Shown here: piece by piece, positions 37,399-49,016 of the stretch
Layout: each line of letters starts with the position of its first letter
How positions within the stretch are numbered: position 1 is the first letter of the stretch
NCBI GenBank assembly: GCA_043228905.1
Contig: JBHGNT010000009.1
Location: forward strand, 5,642,001 to 5,706,000
From: Azolla caroliniana
Taxonomy: Eukaryota; Plantae; Polypodiophyta
Direction of reading: 5' to 3'
Length of the DNA stretch: 64,000 bases
Translations under genes and position numbers: made by a program
Notes under the pieces: generated by a model
Told to the model about the DNA's origin: nothing
The model's database searches: none
The model's input: the letters and a program-made list of their open reading frames with translations, nothing else

Positions 37399-40174
37399 AA
37401 ATCTACGACACTTCAGAGTTTTCGGTAGCATTGCGTATGTGTATGTGCCGAAGGAGAAATGGAGGATGTTGGATGCGAAAGCTGAGAAGTGTATCTTAGT
37501 CGGCTATTTGGACAAGTAGAAGGGTTATAACTGCTATAACCCCCGAACCAAACAAGCTCACGTGAGTCATGATGTTGTGTTTGACGAGTCCTTGTCCTAG
37601 TACTTGCCTCCGACTTCGAATCTAAACTCCAACTCCGGATCTCCGGATCCGAGTTCTGACGATGAGGTCAGCGAGTCTGAAGTGCCTTCGGATGAGGGTG
37701 AAATCAGGACCCTCGAAGAGAGTCCGATCTCGTTTCGGTTAGGTGGACCGAATGGACGAATGAGTCGGTTTGACCAGTCCGAAGAAGAGCCGGCGAGTAG
37801 TGGAGACTCGGTCATGCATTCCCTGCGCAAGAAGTTGAGGAGACGGCTTACGCGCAAGGAAAAAGCGAAGAAGAAGGTGTCAGATTACGACACGGATAGG
37901 ATTGAGTTAAATCGACGCGAGTCTGACTCCGAGGGAAGTGATGGCGGGTCTTCGAGAGTGAAGTCCGCGTTGGCCAAGAAAGCCTCAACATCGGCTAATG
38001 AGCAATTACGCCGATCTACCCGCTAGAAGAACCCTGTTGTGCGGTTCAGATACAATGAGTACATGGCGCATCACTATGCGTACATGACCCGTGTAGCGGA
38101 AGTACATGAGCCAGACAACTACGTAGAAGCGGCGAAGGATGCGAATTGGCGGGCTGCAATGAAGGAAGAGATGCGTGCATTGACGGAAAATGAAACATGG
38201 GACTTGGTTGACGCACCGAAAGGTGTGAAGCCGATCGGATGTAGGTGTGTGTACAAGGTCAAGTACAACACCGACGGCTCGATCCACCGATACAAGGCCC
38301 CGTTAGTAGCAAAAGGCTATGCGCAGAAGCACATCATGGACTACGACGAGACCTTCACGCCTCTCGTGAAGATGACTACCATGCGTGTTCTACTAGCTGT
38401 AGCAGTGGCGAAGGGGTGGCACTTACATCAGATGGATGTAAAGAACGCGTTCCTACAAGGTGAGCTTTAGGAACAAGTGTACATGGTACAACCCCCCGGA
38501 TTTCACTTTGAAACGAACACCTCGGCGGTGTGCCAGTTGAAGAAATCCCTTTACGGACTAAAGCAAGCCTCACATGCCTGGAACGCGAAGATCACTAAAC
38601 GATTGCGTTAGATGGGCTTTGCAACGATTGACCACATGAAGCTCCAGCTTGCGGCATCATTCGACATGAAGGATCTGGGGGACCTTCATTACTTCCTCGG
38701 GATTGAAGTGATCCGCACCCCCGAAGGCATACTGATCAGCCAATGGCATTAATGGTTGAGTATGCTCTTCAAATTCGGGATGGGCAACTGTAAGTCCATC
38801 TCGACTCCTCTGGATAGAACCGTCAAGCGTCGCCCCGATTCCGGAAAGGTATGCGACCCGACGAGGTTCCGACAGATAGTCGGAAGCCTTATATACTTGA
38901 CCATCACCCAGCCAGATCTCAGCTACCCGGTCGGGGTGATTAATTAGTTCATGACGCGACCTACCGAGGAGCAGCTTTAGTGTCCGCAACACATACTGCG
39001 GTATGTATGCGGCACTAAGGACCGGGGGTTACTCTATCAGACCGGTTCAGCCCCATAGTTGGTCGGCTACATCGATGCCGACTAGGCCGGCAACATCGTC
39101 GATCGCCGATCCACGTCCGGGTTCGCGTTCTCTCTTGGGAGTGCCACGATCGTGTGGAGTAGCAAGAAGCAGACGATAGTTGCGTTGTCGAGCACTGAAG
39201 CTGAGTATAGAGGAGAGGCTATCACGACATGCAAAGCCATATGGTTGAGGTGGCTACTCAATGATCTGTAGGTGGAGGTATCCGATCCAACGACAATCTA
39301 CTATGACAATCTCAGCAACATCCAGCTAGCAAAGAACCCCATCTTCCACGCCTGGACTAAGCACATTGACATGTAGTACCATTTCGTCTGTGAGTGTGTC
39401 CTCTCCGGTGAAGTCGAACTTCAGTATGTTCCGACAGATCGGCAGACCGCCGACATCTTCACCAAGCCTCTTGGTTTGGACAAGTTGCGGCAATTCTCGG
39501 GTGCGCTTGGGTTGTGTCACCTCGACGTGCCGAACTCGAGGGGGAGAGACGTCCTGAATGACCACGGAAAGGGGAGAGAAGTTCTGGAAGACCGCGACGC
39601 CGAGTCGGATGACGAATTCGATTTCGGATCGCCTGAAGAAGCCGAGGGCGGATCCGCAGAAGATTCCGAAAGCGGACATAAGGGGAGATGTCAAAAGAAA
39701 GAGCCAAATCCAACCAAGCGTGGGGCAGATGAAGCCATCAAGGGCGAGAAGACCGAAGACAAGTTGGAGACAACTAACTCAGATGAAACCGAAAACCGAT
39801 CGGAGGAAGCCGAGTCGGTTGGGATGTTTGATTCGGATACGCCGAATCATCTGAGGGCCAAGCGAAAGAGAAGGCAGCAAAAGAATTGCCAACACTGCAA
39901 CAACAACAGAGCTGAGGAGGGCCGGACGAGCAGGACAGCCGATCGGAAGTGTCGAGGCGCGCGGAATCAAACAGGTCGAGGAGTGCGAGCAATGCATGAA
40001 GCCAGAAGGAACCGGAGCGTAGAGTCGGAAGAGCAGATGGAACCTCAAGTTGAGCTTGAGGGGGAGTGTTGATATACAAGCTCAACATTTGCCAGATCGG
40101 TTGTGCAAGCCGAGAACCGGATCGGTTATGCTGAACCGGTGCGTAAACCGGTGCGCAACGAGAAGGCGTAGCAG

Positions 40175-41201
40175 TGTCGTGAAGTACGAAAGCTTCACAT
40201 TAATAGTCTACAGTAAGATAAATACGTAATGAAAATAAAATAAACCTTTATAATGTTAATAACATACAATGATAATATTATACATTATATGTAGAGACAA
40301 AAAAAAAAATATCTATTATATTACATGGGTAAGAGAGGACTTGAACTAATAAACCCTACATTATGACACTCAAAGGTTACCATTTAGCCTATACTAATAA
40401 TTTACAAAATAATATATAATTTTTAGTATTTTATAGCCTAAACCATGTAATATAATACATGCACAAAATTACATGGGCAAAAGAGGACTTGAACCAACAA
40501 CCTCAAACCTTATATAGCATTCACACCTTACCATTTAGCCTATACTTATAATGTATATTAGTACATGTCTTGTTTTCATTCTAAGTAGTATTATATGGTT
40601 TAAACCATCAAACGTCCTACATGTGCACCATATAGCACACATGCAAGAGCCTCTCTACATGTGCGCCACATGGCCCACATGTAGAACCATCTCTTCCCTA
40701 TAAAAGGGGAAGGAAGTATAGACAAAGGGACAAAGAAATAAGATGGAAATGATTATATTGGATCTAGAGAAAGATATTTTGTAATAGAGAAAGAGAGAGA
40801 GAAAGGTATTCTTAAAAGAGGAAAGAAGAACTAGCTTGGTGGTGGTGGTCCTCAACTCGCAATGGAAGGGTGGCGGTTCGAGTCTTATACTTGTCGAGAG
40901 ATTGAAGGGAAGACTATGTTCTACCATCAAGAAAGAGAAGAGCGATTACCTTGTGAGACAAAGCTCGAAGGATCAACTATGCTCGCAATCATTTTGTAAC
41001 TCATTCATCAAATAATTATAGGTTTCTTTCATTCCTTCAAATATCATTCTATATCCCATCTTGTCATATCTTGTTCATCTTTATTTACTCTATCTCTACT
41101 CTTTCGTCTCTTTCGTCCATAATCCCAGTGATTCATTCCTCACTTTCACGATATCTTCTATCAACACAACAGTACGCTTCTAGGCAAGCCATGCCACAAC
41201 A
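40175..41201 (+). mobile_element. Solo LTR (TGTCGTG...CACAACA) inside L 3' LTR [element H]
   Basis: L 3' LTR rejoins exactly when it is removed; flanks GCAG/ACGG versus GCGG at 35823-35826 in the intact LTR; TATA CCCTATAAAAGG near 40696. Confidence 0.85.
40323..40548 (-). promoter_or_regulatory. Two tandem tRNA-like A/B-box modules in solo LTR H
   Basis: A box TAGGCTAAATGG (40391-40380; 40542-40531), B box (A/G)GTTCAAGTCC (40347-40337; 40495-40485), T runs downstream of each. Confidence 0.68.
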
Positions 41202-42854
41202 ACGGTGCGTAAACCACGAGGCTGTTGGAAAGATATTCCGCGTAGGAATATATTTTGGGAGTTAGTGTAGAGCTCACTTATGTGCATTGAAGTACGTGTC
41301 AGTACTTCTGCTAGTCCGTATGGACTTGTATAAAAGTGCTCACTGAGCACATCCTTTGTACAATCTGAGTATTATTTTTTTGAATTGAGTTTTGTGTGCA
41401 CTCTCTCTCTCTGTCTCTCCCGCATACTATGTATATTATTTGAGCTCTCCATTAAACCTGCGTTTTTGTGTTCGGTTTTCTATTGCTTCCGCACGCTATT
41501 CTTTTTACAAGCTTTCTTCAAGCTTCTGATACTCCTTGTATCTTGACCGACTGTCAACATGTCAACTACATATAACAAGAGAATCAAGAAGTCACCTTTG
41601 TCGTACCTTTTGACGAACACACAATGATCCGTCTCTGTTTTCTGGAACCCATGCTCCACCTTGAAGAATTCGAACTTCTTGTACCATTGACATGGAGCTT
41701 GTTTCAGACCTAAACCCTAAACTTTTCTTCAGTCAACACACCAGGTTCTCTTTGTCTTTCTCCTCAAAACCTTGGGGTTGTTGGATGTAGATCTCTTCAT
41801 CCAGCTCCCCATGCAATAATGTTGTCTTTGACATCCAACTGTTCGATCTCTACGTCCATGCTGGCAGATATGCTTAGAACAATTCGGATGGATGTCATCT
41901 TCCCTACTGGTGCGAATATCTCGTTGAATTCGACACCCTTTTTCTGTTGGAACCCCTTCACCACAATGCAAGCTTTGTACCTAGGTGTTTTATCGATTTC
42001 TCCAGTCTTCACCTTATAGACCCATTTGTTTCTAAGTGATCTCTTACCTTTTGGTAATTCTACCATGTCGTAGGTGTAGTTTTCGTGCAAGGAGTCCATC
42101 TCATCTTGCATCATGGTTAGCCATTTTTCTCTTTGCTCATCAGCAACATAGCACTCTGGTTCACCTTCATCAGTCAAGAGGATGTATTGACTGGCATATG
42201 TCGTCGGTGCTCTCCTTTTTCTGAGTGGGTATCCCCTTCCACTCGTTGTCGGCTCCAGCTCGGATGTCTCTAGAAACTCTTCTCTCGGCTCGGGTTCATG
42301 TATGCCGATCGGCTGCTCAAGGTTGGATGAATTCAACTCGTATTCCTTGATCTATCTTAATACCTCTGCCGACTCAGACTCATTGTCGGTCGGTCTCTCT
42401 GAGTTTACTGACCCGGATTCAACTGTGCCAACTAGCTGTCTCCGAACAACTTTTTTAAGATTGCTTAAAGTGTGCGGCACTTCATCGGGGGTTGTTTGGG
42501 GTGGACTCAAGTTTAGATCTTATTTGTATGTCTAAACATAAGTAGTGATATAGTTTTAGAAGAATAGAAAAGTGAGGGCGTGGGTGGGGGTTAGGGGAGT
42601 GTAGCTTGTTGAAGTTATCAAAAGTATTTAAACCTAATCAAAGTTTTTAGAACATATTAAAGATCATTGGGATAACTTAAGTTATTAGACACCAATAAAG
42701 TACTATTAAAACACCAATATAGAGTATTATTAAAACGGGACCACACGCTTAGATGAACGGGAGTTGTTTAAACACACGCTTAAGCAAACACATAAAAGAA
42801 AGATTATTATAAAAAAAATAAAAATAAAAATAGAAAAGAGAGATTGAGATTAAA

Positions 42855-43305
42855 AAATGATTATGGTTAAGAAGGGATTATGATTAAGGGGGAAGGGGTT
42901 GCTAAACAAAGTACTTAAACGAATGTTTAAACAAATATTTAGATAAGAAAACACTTGGGCAAACACTTAGCGCAAGGTTATGATTAAAAGAGAAGGGAGG
43001 GATTATGGTTAAAGAAAAGGGGTCATGGTTGAGAAGAGAATGATTATGATTAAGAGAGGAGAATATTTAAACAAATGTTTAAACAAAAAGTTAAACCTAA
43101 AAATGATTGAACAAGTACTTAAAAAAAAGGGGTTAAACAAGTATGTAATAAAAATGATTATTAAACAAGTACTTAATAGAAAATGATTAAATAAATACTT
43201 AAAAACTTAAGACAAAAAAAATTGATAAAAAAGTGATTAAACAAGTACTTAATAAAAATTTATTAAATAACTACTTAAGAACTTAAGACAAAAAATTAGA
43301 TAAGA
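42855..43305. repeat. Degenerate AT-rich short repeats in PLE 3' region
   Basis: Recurrent GATTATG(G/A)TTAA and AAACAAGTACTTAA motifs; one duplicated unit of roughly 75 bp at about 43150-43300. Confidence 0.6.
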
Positions 43306-43349
43306 GCAACACATAGAGGGAAAGAAAGTTTTACTATCATAAGGCAATG

Positions 43350-43395
43350 ATCGGCAAATGCATTTCACCTCGATGGAGGCTCTTCAGTGCCCGAT
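43350..43395 (-). ncRNA. Type I minimal hammerhead ribozyme
   Basis: ATCGGGCA-CTGAAGA-GCCTC(CATC)GAGGT-GAAA-TGCAT-T-TGCCGAT: conserved CUGANGA/GAAA core, stem II, palindromic ATGCAT stem III, AUU cleavage triplet, stem I. Confidence 0.8.
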
Positions 43396-43557
43396 GTACA
43401 AATGATGAAAACTAAGCCTACTAGGTTGCTCTTTTTATAGGGAGAGGGAGGAGAGTCCTTTGTATGTGGGACATACAAAAGTGTGTACAAAGGGAAGGTA
43501 AAAGAGTGTACACAAGACTTTAGGTGGGGGTTAAGAGGGGTGAGAGTACACAAAACA

Positions 43558-44586
43558 TTAGGTGGGGGGAAAGGATGCGTGTACTAGGTGGTTTCTTAGT
43601 TTTTTACCATTTAGCCAACACGTGAGAGGGGGTGTAAGGGAACTGTATTGTGGTTGTCCTAGAATTGGTTTAAGTTTGTTTCTCACGAGCGCTCCGATTT
43701 GGAGTTTTTTGATACATGGGGAGTAACGAAGCTTAAAAACAATGGGTGGAGGTTTTTTGTTGTCGGGTTTGTTAGAAAGTAGTTGGTTTCGTATGGAGTA
43801 GGGGACGGTCGAAAAACACTTGAGTAGGAACTTCGATGGGTAGCCCCTAGCTCTTAGGCGGTCGTAGAACTTTTTGCGTAGTTCCATGTAGCCATTTTCC
43901 GAGCTCTCCCGGATAGCATACCGTTTTAGTTCTCCCGTGATGAAGCCCTTTTTGTGTGCTATGGGGTGAGAGGATTTCCACGGGAGGTACATGTAGGCAT
44001 TGAGAGGTTTTTGGTGGCATGCGGTGTCGAGGATGCTGAATTCTTTAAAGTATGGGCCTTTGAAGAAGACGACGTCCAGGATGGTGATCTCTTTAGGGGA
44101 GGTTGTTGATTCAATACGGATGTGTTGTTGTAGAGGCACGCCGTATTGGTGTAAGAAGGTGTGAAGTGTACCGGGGGAACCTTCCCAAACTCCTATGGCA
44201 TCATCGATGTAGCATTTGTAGTAGAGTAGTTGCGGTGTTTGGAAAGTTAGGTTGTCGTCCTCTAGCTGCGAAAGAAACAAGCAAGCGTAAACAACAACAA
44301 AATTGCTACCCATCGCGGTGCCTTTAATTTGTAACCAAAAAGCATTATTAAAGGAGAGAAAATTGTTTCTAAGTATAAGTTCGGCAACACTCATAATGAT
44401 TTTGGTTTTGTGTGGTGGGAAATGATGTGAAATAGATTTTTTAAAAACCAATAGACCTTCCGTGGTAGGTATACTGGGATATAGTGACACTACGTCAAAA
44501 GAAAACGTGCAAGTTTTGGGGAAGGTGTGGTGTGCTAGGTCCTTAACAAGTGTTAAGGAGTCTTTGAGGTGTTGTTTTTTAGACAA
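43558..44586 (-). CDS. PLE reverse transcriptase (homology extends upstream to about 44990 with disruptions)
   Basis: 342-aa ORF with PLE/TERT-like RT motifs, ends LRNHLVHASFPPT*. Confidence 0.85.
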   Translation of the reverse strand: MSKKQHLKDSLTLVKDLAHHTFPKTCTFSFDVVSLYPSIPTTEGLLVFKKSISHHFPPHKTKIIMSVAELILRNNFLSFNNAFWLQIKGTAMGSNFVVVYACLFLSQLEDDNLTFQTPQLLYYKCYIDDAIGVWEGSPGTLHTFLHQYGVPLQQHIRIESTTSPKEITILDVVFFKGPYFKEFSILDTACHQKPLNAYMYLPWKSSHPIAHKKGFITGELKRYAIRESSENGYMELRKKFYDRLRARGYPSKFLLKCFSTVPYSIRNQLLSNKPDNKKPPPIVFKLRYSPCIKKLQIGALVRNKLKPILGQPQYSSLTPPLTCWLNGKKLRNHLVHASFPPT

Positions 44587-47449
44587 TAAGACAGGATGTA
44601 GTAGATGGTGTAGCCATTTAGAGGCTCTTTCGAAAACATAATTGTTGTAGGCGCAAATAGGGCGTCCTACAACAATGGGCTTGTGGATTTTGGGGATGAT
44701 GTAGAAACGACATATCCTGAAACCATGCTTGGGTTTCTGAAGGAGGAATCTAATTTCCTCATTGGAGAGGTGGGGGGAAGCTTTCAGACATAGGTGTTCA
44801 AGTCGACTGTGGAGAGTTTCTAGGGGGACGTCTTTGACGGGGGTGTAAGTGTTTTTGTCGTTGAGCTATCTAAGGCATTCGTTAAGGTACCAATCCTTAG
44901 AGAGAATGCACGTGCCTAGATTTTTATTCGCGGGTTTAATAACTATGTCTTGATTGTTTTTGAGATTATGTAGTGCAGTTCTAAAGTTCCTATGAGGGCG
45001 AGGTTGGATGGTGTGTCAGTTCCCTTGGCCTTAAGTCGACGGTAGTCGGGGTTAACTAGGAAGTTGATTCTGAATTCTGTTGCTTCCAGCCCAGTATCAC
45101 CTTGTCTTCCAAGAAGACTACATCCCGACTTCTCACTACCTTCTTGTCAACTAAGTCCCATTGCCTGTAGCCGAACTCATCTTCTGAGTATCCCATGGAT
45201 ATGCATGGCTTTGACTTATTGTTGAGCTTCGACCTCTGATCCTTAGGCACATGCATATACACTAAACATCCAAACACCCTCAGGTGTTGGTACGCGACAT
45301 CCTTACCTGTCCACACCCTCTATGGGACATCATCCTTTAATGGCACTGAGGGAGACCAATTGATCAGATAAACAGTCGTGTACATCGCCTTAGCCCAGTA
45401 TATTTTTGGCAGTTTAGCGTGCGACAGCATGCTCCTTACTCTTGCCATGATTTTCCGATTCATCCTCTCTACAAGCCCGTTCAAATTAGGGGTCTTTGGC
45501 ACTGTGTATTCAATTCGAATACCTTGGAACTTGCAGTATTCTTCCAACCACCCTTTATATTCGCCACCATTGTTGGTTCAGACAACTTTCAAGTTCCGAC
45601 CTGACTCCCGTTCGGCTCTTGCCTGGAACTCCTTGAAGAATGATAGTACTTGATCTTTTGACTTTAGTACGAAAGCCCACAACATCCGACTGTAGTCGTC
45701 GATGAAAGTCACAAAGTATTGTCTGTGTCGATGCGACGAAGCATCCACATAACACACATTCGTGTGTACTAGTTCCAGTGGCACTTCTCTTCTTCTTGGT
45801 GGTCTTGAATGGAATGTTGCTCTATTCTGCTTTCCAACTAAGCCGTCAATGCACTTCTCCAGGTGCACTCACTTTACCTCTGGTAGAAGTTTCTGGTCAA
45901 CTAACATATGCAGACCTTTCTCAATCATGTGGCCTAGCCTCTTATGCCATATATGTCTTGCCGAGTCGGCTACCACATTCACTTCCGACTTGCACAGTTG
46001 GGCTGGCATCATATACAATATGCCTTCTTTCTGTGCTCGGGCCACTATAAGATTTCCTTGGCAGAACTTCCACTTGCCATTCTGAAAACTACCATTCCAG
46101 CCTTCGTCGTCCAATCTTCGAGTCGATATTAGATTCGATCTGATATCGGGGACATGTCGAACATCCTTCAGAGTCAGTCGACATCCTGTCGACGTCGTCA
46201 AATAGACACTTCTGACTCCGGCTGTATTGCACTCCCCATTGTCACCCATCTTTACATAACCATGATCATCGACTATGTAATCAAGAAATACTCTCTCGAT
46301 GGAGTTATGTGGAACGATGCACCAGAGTCGATCACCCAAGTGCATTCTTCGCTTGCAAGGTTTGCACTTGCTTGTTCACAAATGAACAAGAGTTCTTCAT
46401 TGCTCGTAGTAATGGCTAAAGTGTTCTTTTCTTACCGACGCTCTTTTCCTTCTTAAGATGTCTACAGTCCTTATGGAAATGTCCAGGCTTTCCACAATAA
46501 AAGCACATGAGCTTACCTCTGGACTTCGATCTGGGGTGGGATTTGTCCCTCCTTGGTGGAATCCTTTGCCTGTTGAGTCAAGTTTGACTCCGACTGGACC
46601 AGGACACCCTTGTCCCTCCTTCTAGTCTCCTCGTTCAAGATTCTTGTCTTTACTACTTGTAGAGACAGGTTCTCTTCCTGACATGAGGTGTTGAGAGTCA
46701 CCACTAGATTTTCCTAGATGTCTGGCAGTGTACACAACAGGAGGATGGCTTGCATTGCATCTTCAAGGGGAAACTTGGTTGCGGCAAGTTGATTCACATA
46801 CCCCATGACTGTGCTCTCACCGTCTCTGTATTTCAACCATACGATCTTTCTCATTAGTGAGGTTTTATATAGGGCGTTCTTCCTCTCATGTAGACCTGAT
46901 AGCTTCTGCCACATATCATGGGTATTTGTGTTGTTCACCACATGCTGAATGACACTTACATCAACGCACTACCGGATGGTGGCCACCGCCTTTCAGTTAA
47001 GAAGTTTCCATTCCGACTCTAATACCCCCGTGGGTACTTCTGCTCTGTAGATCGGCTCGTATAGGTCTTTGACTATGAGAAGGTCCTCCATCTTTATCTT
47101 CTAGTCTGCATAGTTGTGAGAGTTTAGAAATATCATACTTGGGAAGCCACTCACACCTCCTTCCATCTTCACCTTGCTCTGATCCCAGTTTATTGAAGAT
47201 CGAGTCGTCAATGCATGAAAGGATATGCTGAAATACACAAATCTTGCAGAAATAGAAGAGACCGCACAATAAGCAAAATGCATAGGGCACAATGTTTTAC
47301 GTGGAAACCCTAGGGAAAAATCATGGGAACAAAGATTCCACTATACAGAGAGAATACATGATGAGATCAGAGTACAAACACTCTCACTCAGCGTGTATCA
47401 ACCACACAAGGCTCTTGACATCAAACCTCACTTGGATATGGTGTCGGTC

Positions 47450-47502
<53 letters not shown>

Positions 47503-48680
47503 ACCCCAACCGAGGAATGCTCACTATTCTGTTCTACTCTATTCTGAGCACACACTTCTGTTTGCCCTTGTGTATTTATACTAATACATAGAATGGGCTA
47601 TTTACAATCATGGACATTATTATTATCTAATAATAATAATAGTCTTACTAATCCCCTGACTCATCGGGTCGATTCGACTAGTCGGCCTGGTCATCGACCA
47701 TTAGGTTGGCCTGACTAGCCGGTCTTGTCTTTGACCTCAATCATCTCTTGTAAACTCTCCATGCCGGCGCTCTTGTAAACTCCTCGACTGTCTGCTCTCA
47801 TCCGACCAGTCGACTACTCCTTGTCTTCGACTGTTGACTCTCTTCGAGTAGTTGGCTCCTGCCACTGGAGGGACATATTACTACCAATGTGTATGTTTTA
47901 CCAGAGATTCTTAAATACATAATTCATGAAATCTTGATCATTGAAATTGATATATAATTGCTTGTCTATGAATAAGTGTTATTAAGTCAACATGATGAAT
48001 TTAGTTTTTAGGGAAAATGAAGTTTCACATGCACCTATGGTGGAAATTTAATAGATTACTTTGTGTACATTTATCCATGATTTTATTTCATTGGATCCTT
48101 TTTTTTCCAAAAAAGGAGCTACTTTCCCATTAGTTAGGAGAGATTTTTACAGAAAGGCTATACAAGATGACTTAAATATAAATCGGGGAATAACCCCATG
48201 TCTGAGTTCAAGAATATGAGACTACATATATCCTCTCATACTTTCTCCTTAATGTAAGTAGGTACCTAAAGCTATAAACTAGTGACAATCATTGCCGGCC
48301 AGCACAAGCCCGATCTTTGAGCTTCAACGGATGGCAAATGGGAGGTGAGGAGGAAACAACCAACGTGGAGGCTGGTAGTTCCACCTCGGGCCATTAACAC
48401 CTTGCGTCACCATCAGTGTGTTCCTCCATCTCTGTCAAAAGTGTAAACAGGCAGTGACCACATTATCGGAGTGACCGCAAACCTCGTCCAACTACTCTCA
48501 TAGGCAATTGATAATCACGAACCAAATATCCATGATCAATTCCTCCAAGGGGCGTACTAGATCTTGGAAGACCCTTTGTCATGAACAATACTGAGACAGA
48601 GAAGGAATTAGTACTAAACGAAGGATTAGTATTATGAGAGGTGTGGAACTTCTTCGAGAGAAGGAAGAAGTGAGCGAGAC

Positions 48681-48729
<49 letters not shown>

Positions 48730-49016
48730 TGATAAGAAAGATATTTATTATATGAAGAGAATATACAACGGTGGCTAAAAGGCTTAAGACTGGCGTTGAA
48801 CCAATTTGGTTCAACATAATGCCTAGTGCCCTCTTTTATAGTGTTTTCAGGAGTAATCTTGAAGCTTCTAGAATGTTCCAGAGAAATCTGGAATATACAC
48901 TAATTTCGTATAATAAAATGTAAATGAAAATAATATCCTACGTATTACAATAGATGGTCTAATGGTCAAGAGCTCGACCAATATAACCTAAGGTCATGGG
49001 TTCGAGTCTTGCCATA

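Larger units (their letters stand above)
35692..41509 (+). mobile_element. Ty1/copia element [element L]
   Basis: LTRs 35692-36175 and 40067-41509 (the latter interrupted by H); TSD AGCTT/AGCTT; PBS 36176-36187; gag, INT tail, RT, RNaseH; same family as 62557-64000. Confidence 0.93.
42446..44990 (-). mobile_element. Penelope-like element (PLE), 5'-truncated, no GIY-YIG after RT
   Basis: IVIKPANKNLG (ADKG-like) near 44940, FDVVSLYPSIP, GTAMGS, YIDD, HP..K..FITGELKRY; long AT-rich 3' region with a hammerhead; boundaries approximate. Confidence 0.88.
25436..47886 (-). mobile_element. Large decayed Ty1/copia element hosting at least 7 nested inserts [element K]
   Basis: 5' LTR 47191-47886; PBS 47176-47187; gag/AP/INT 44990-47170; RT 41515-42445; RT-RNaseH 34780-35691; PPT 34762-34772; 3' LTR split 25436-25708, 27196-27381, 34515-34761; no TSD recognised. 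Confidence 0.82.

Noticed and set aside
42455-42500. Second hammerhead at the PLE end
   Set aside because: CCGATGA followed by a small stem but no GAAA core
48632-48817. Small hydrophobic peptide ORF in F LTRs
   Set aside because: TTG start, mostly translated (CT)n microsatellite
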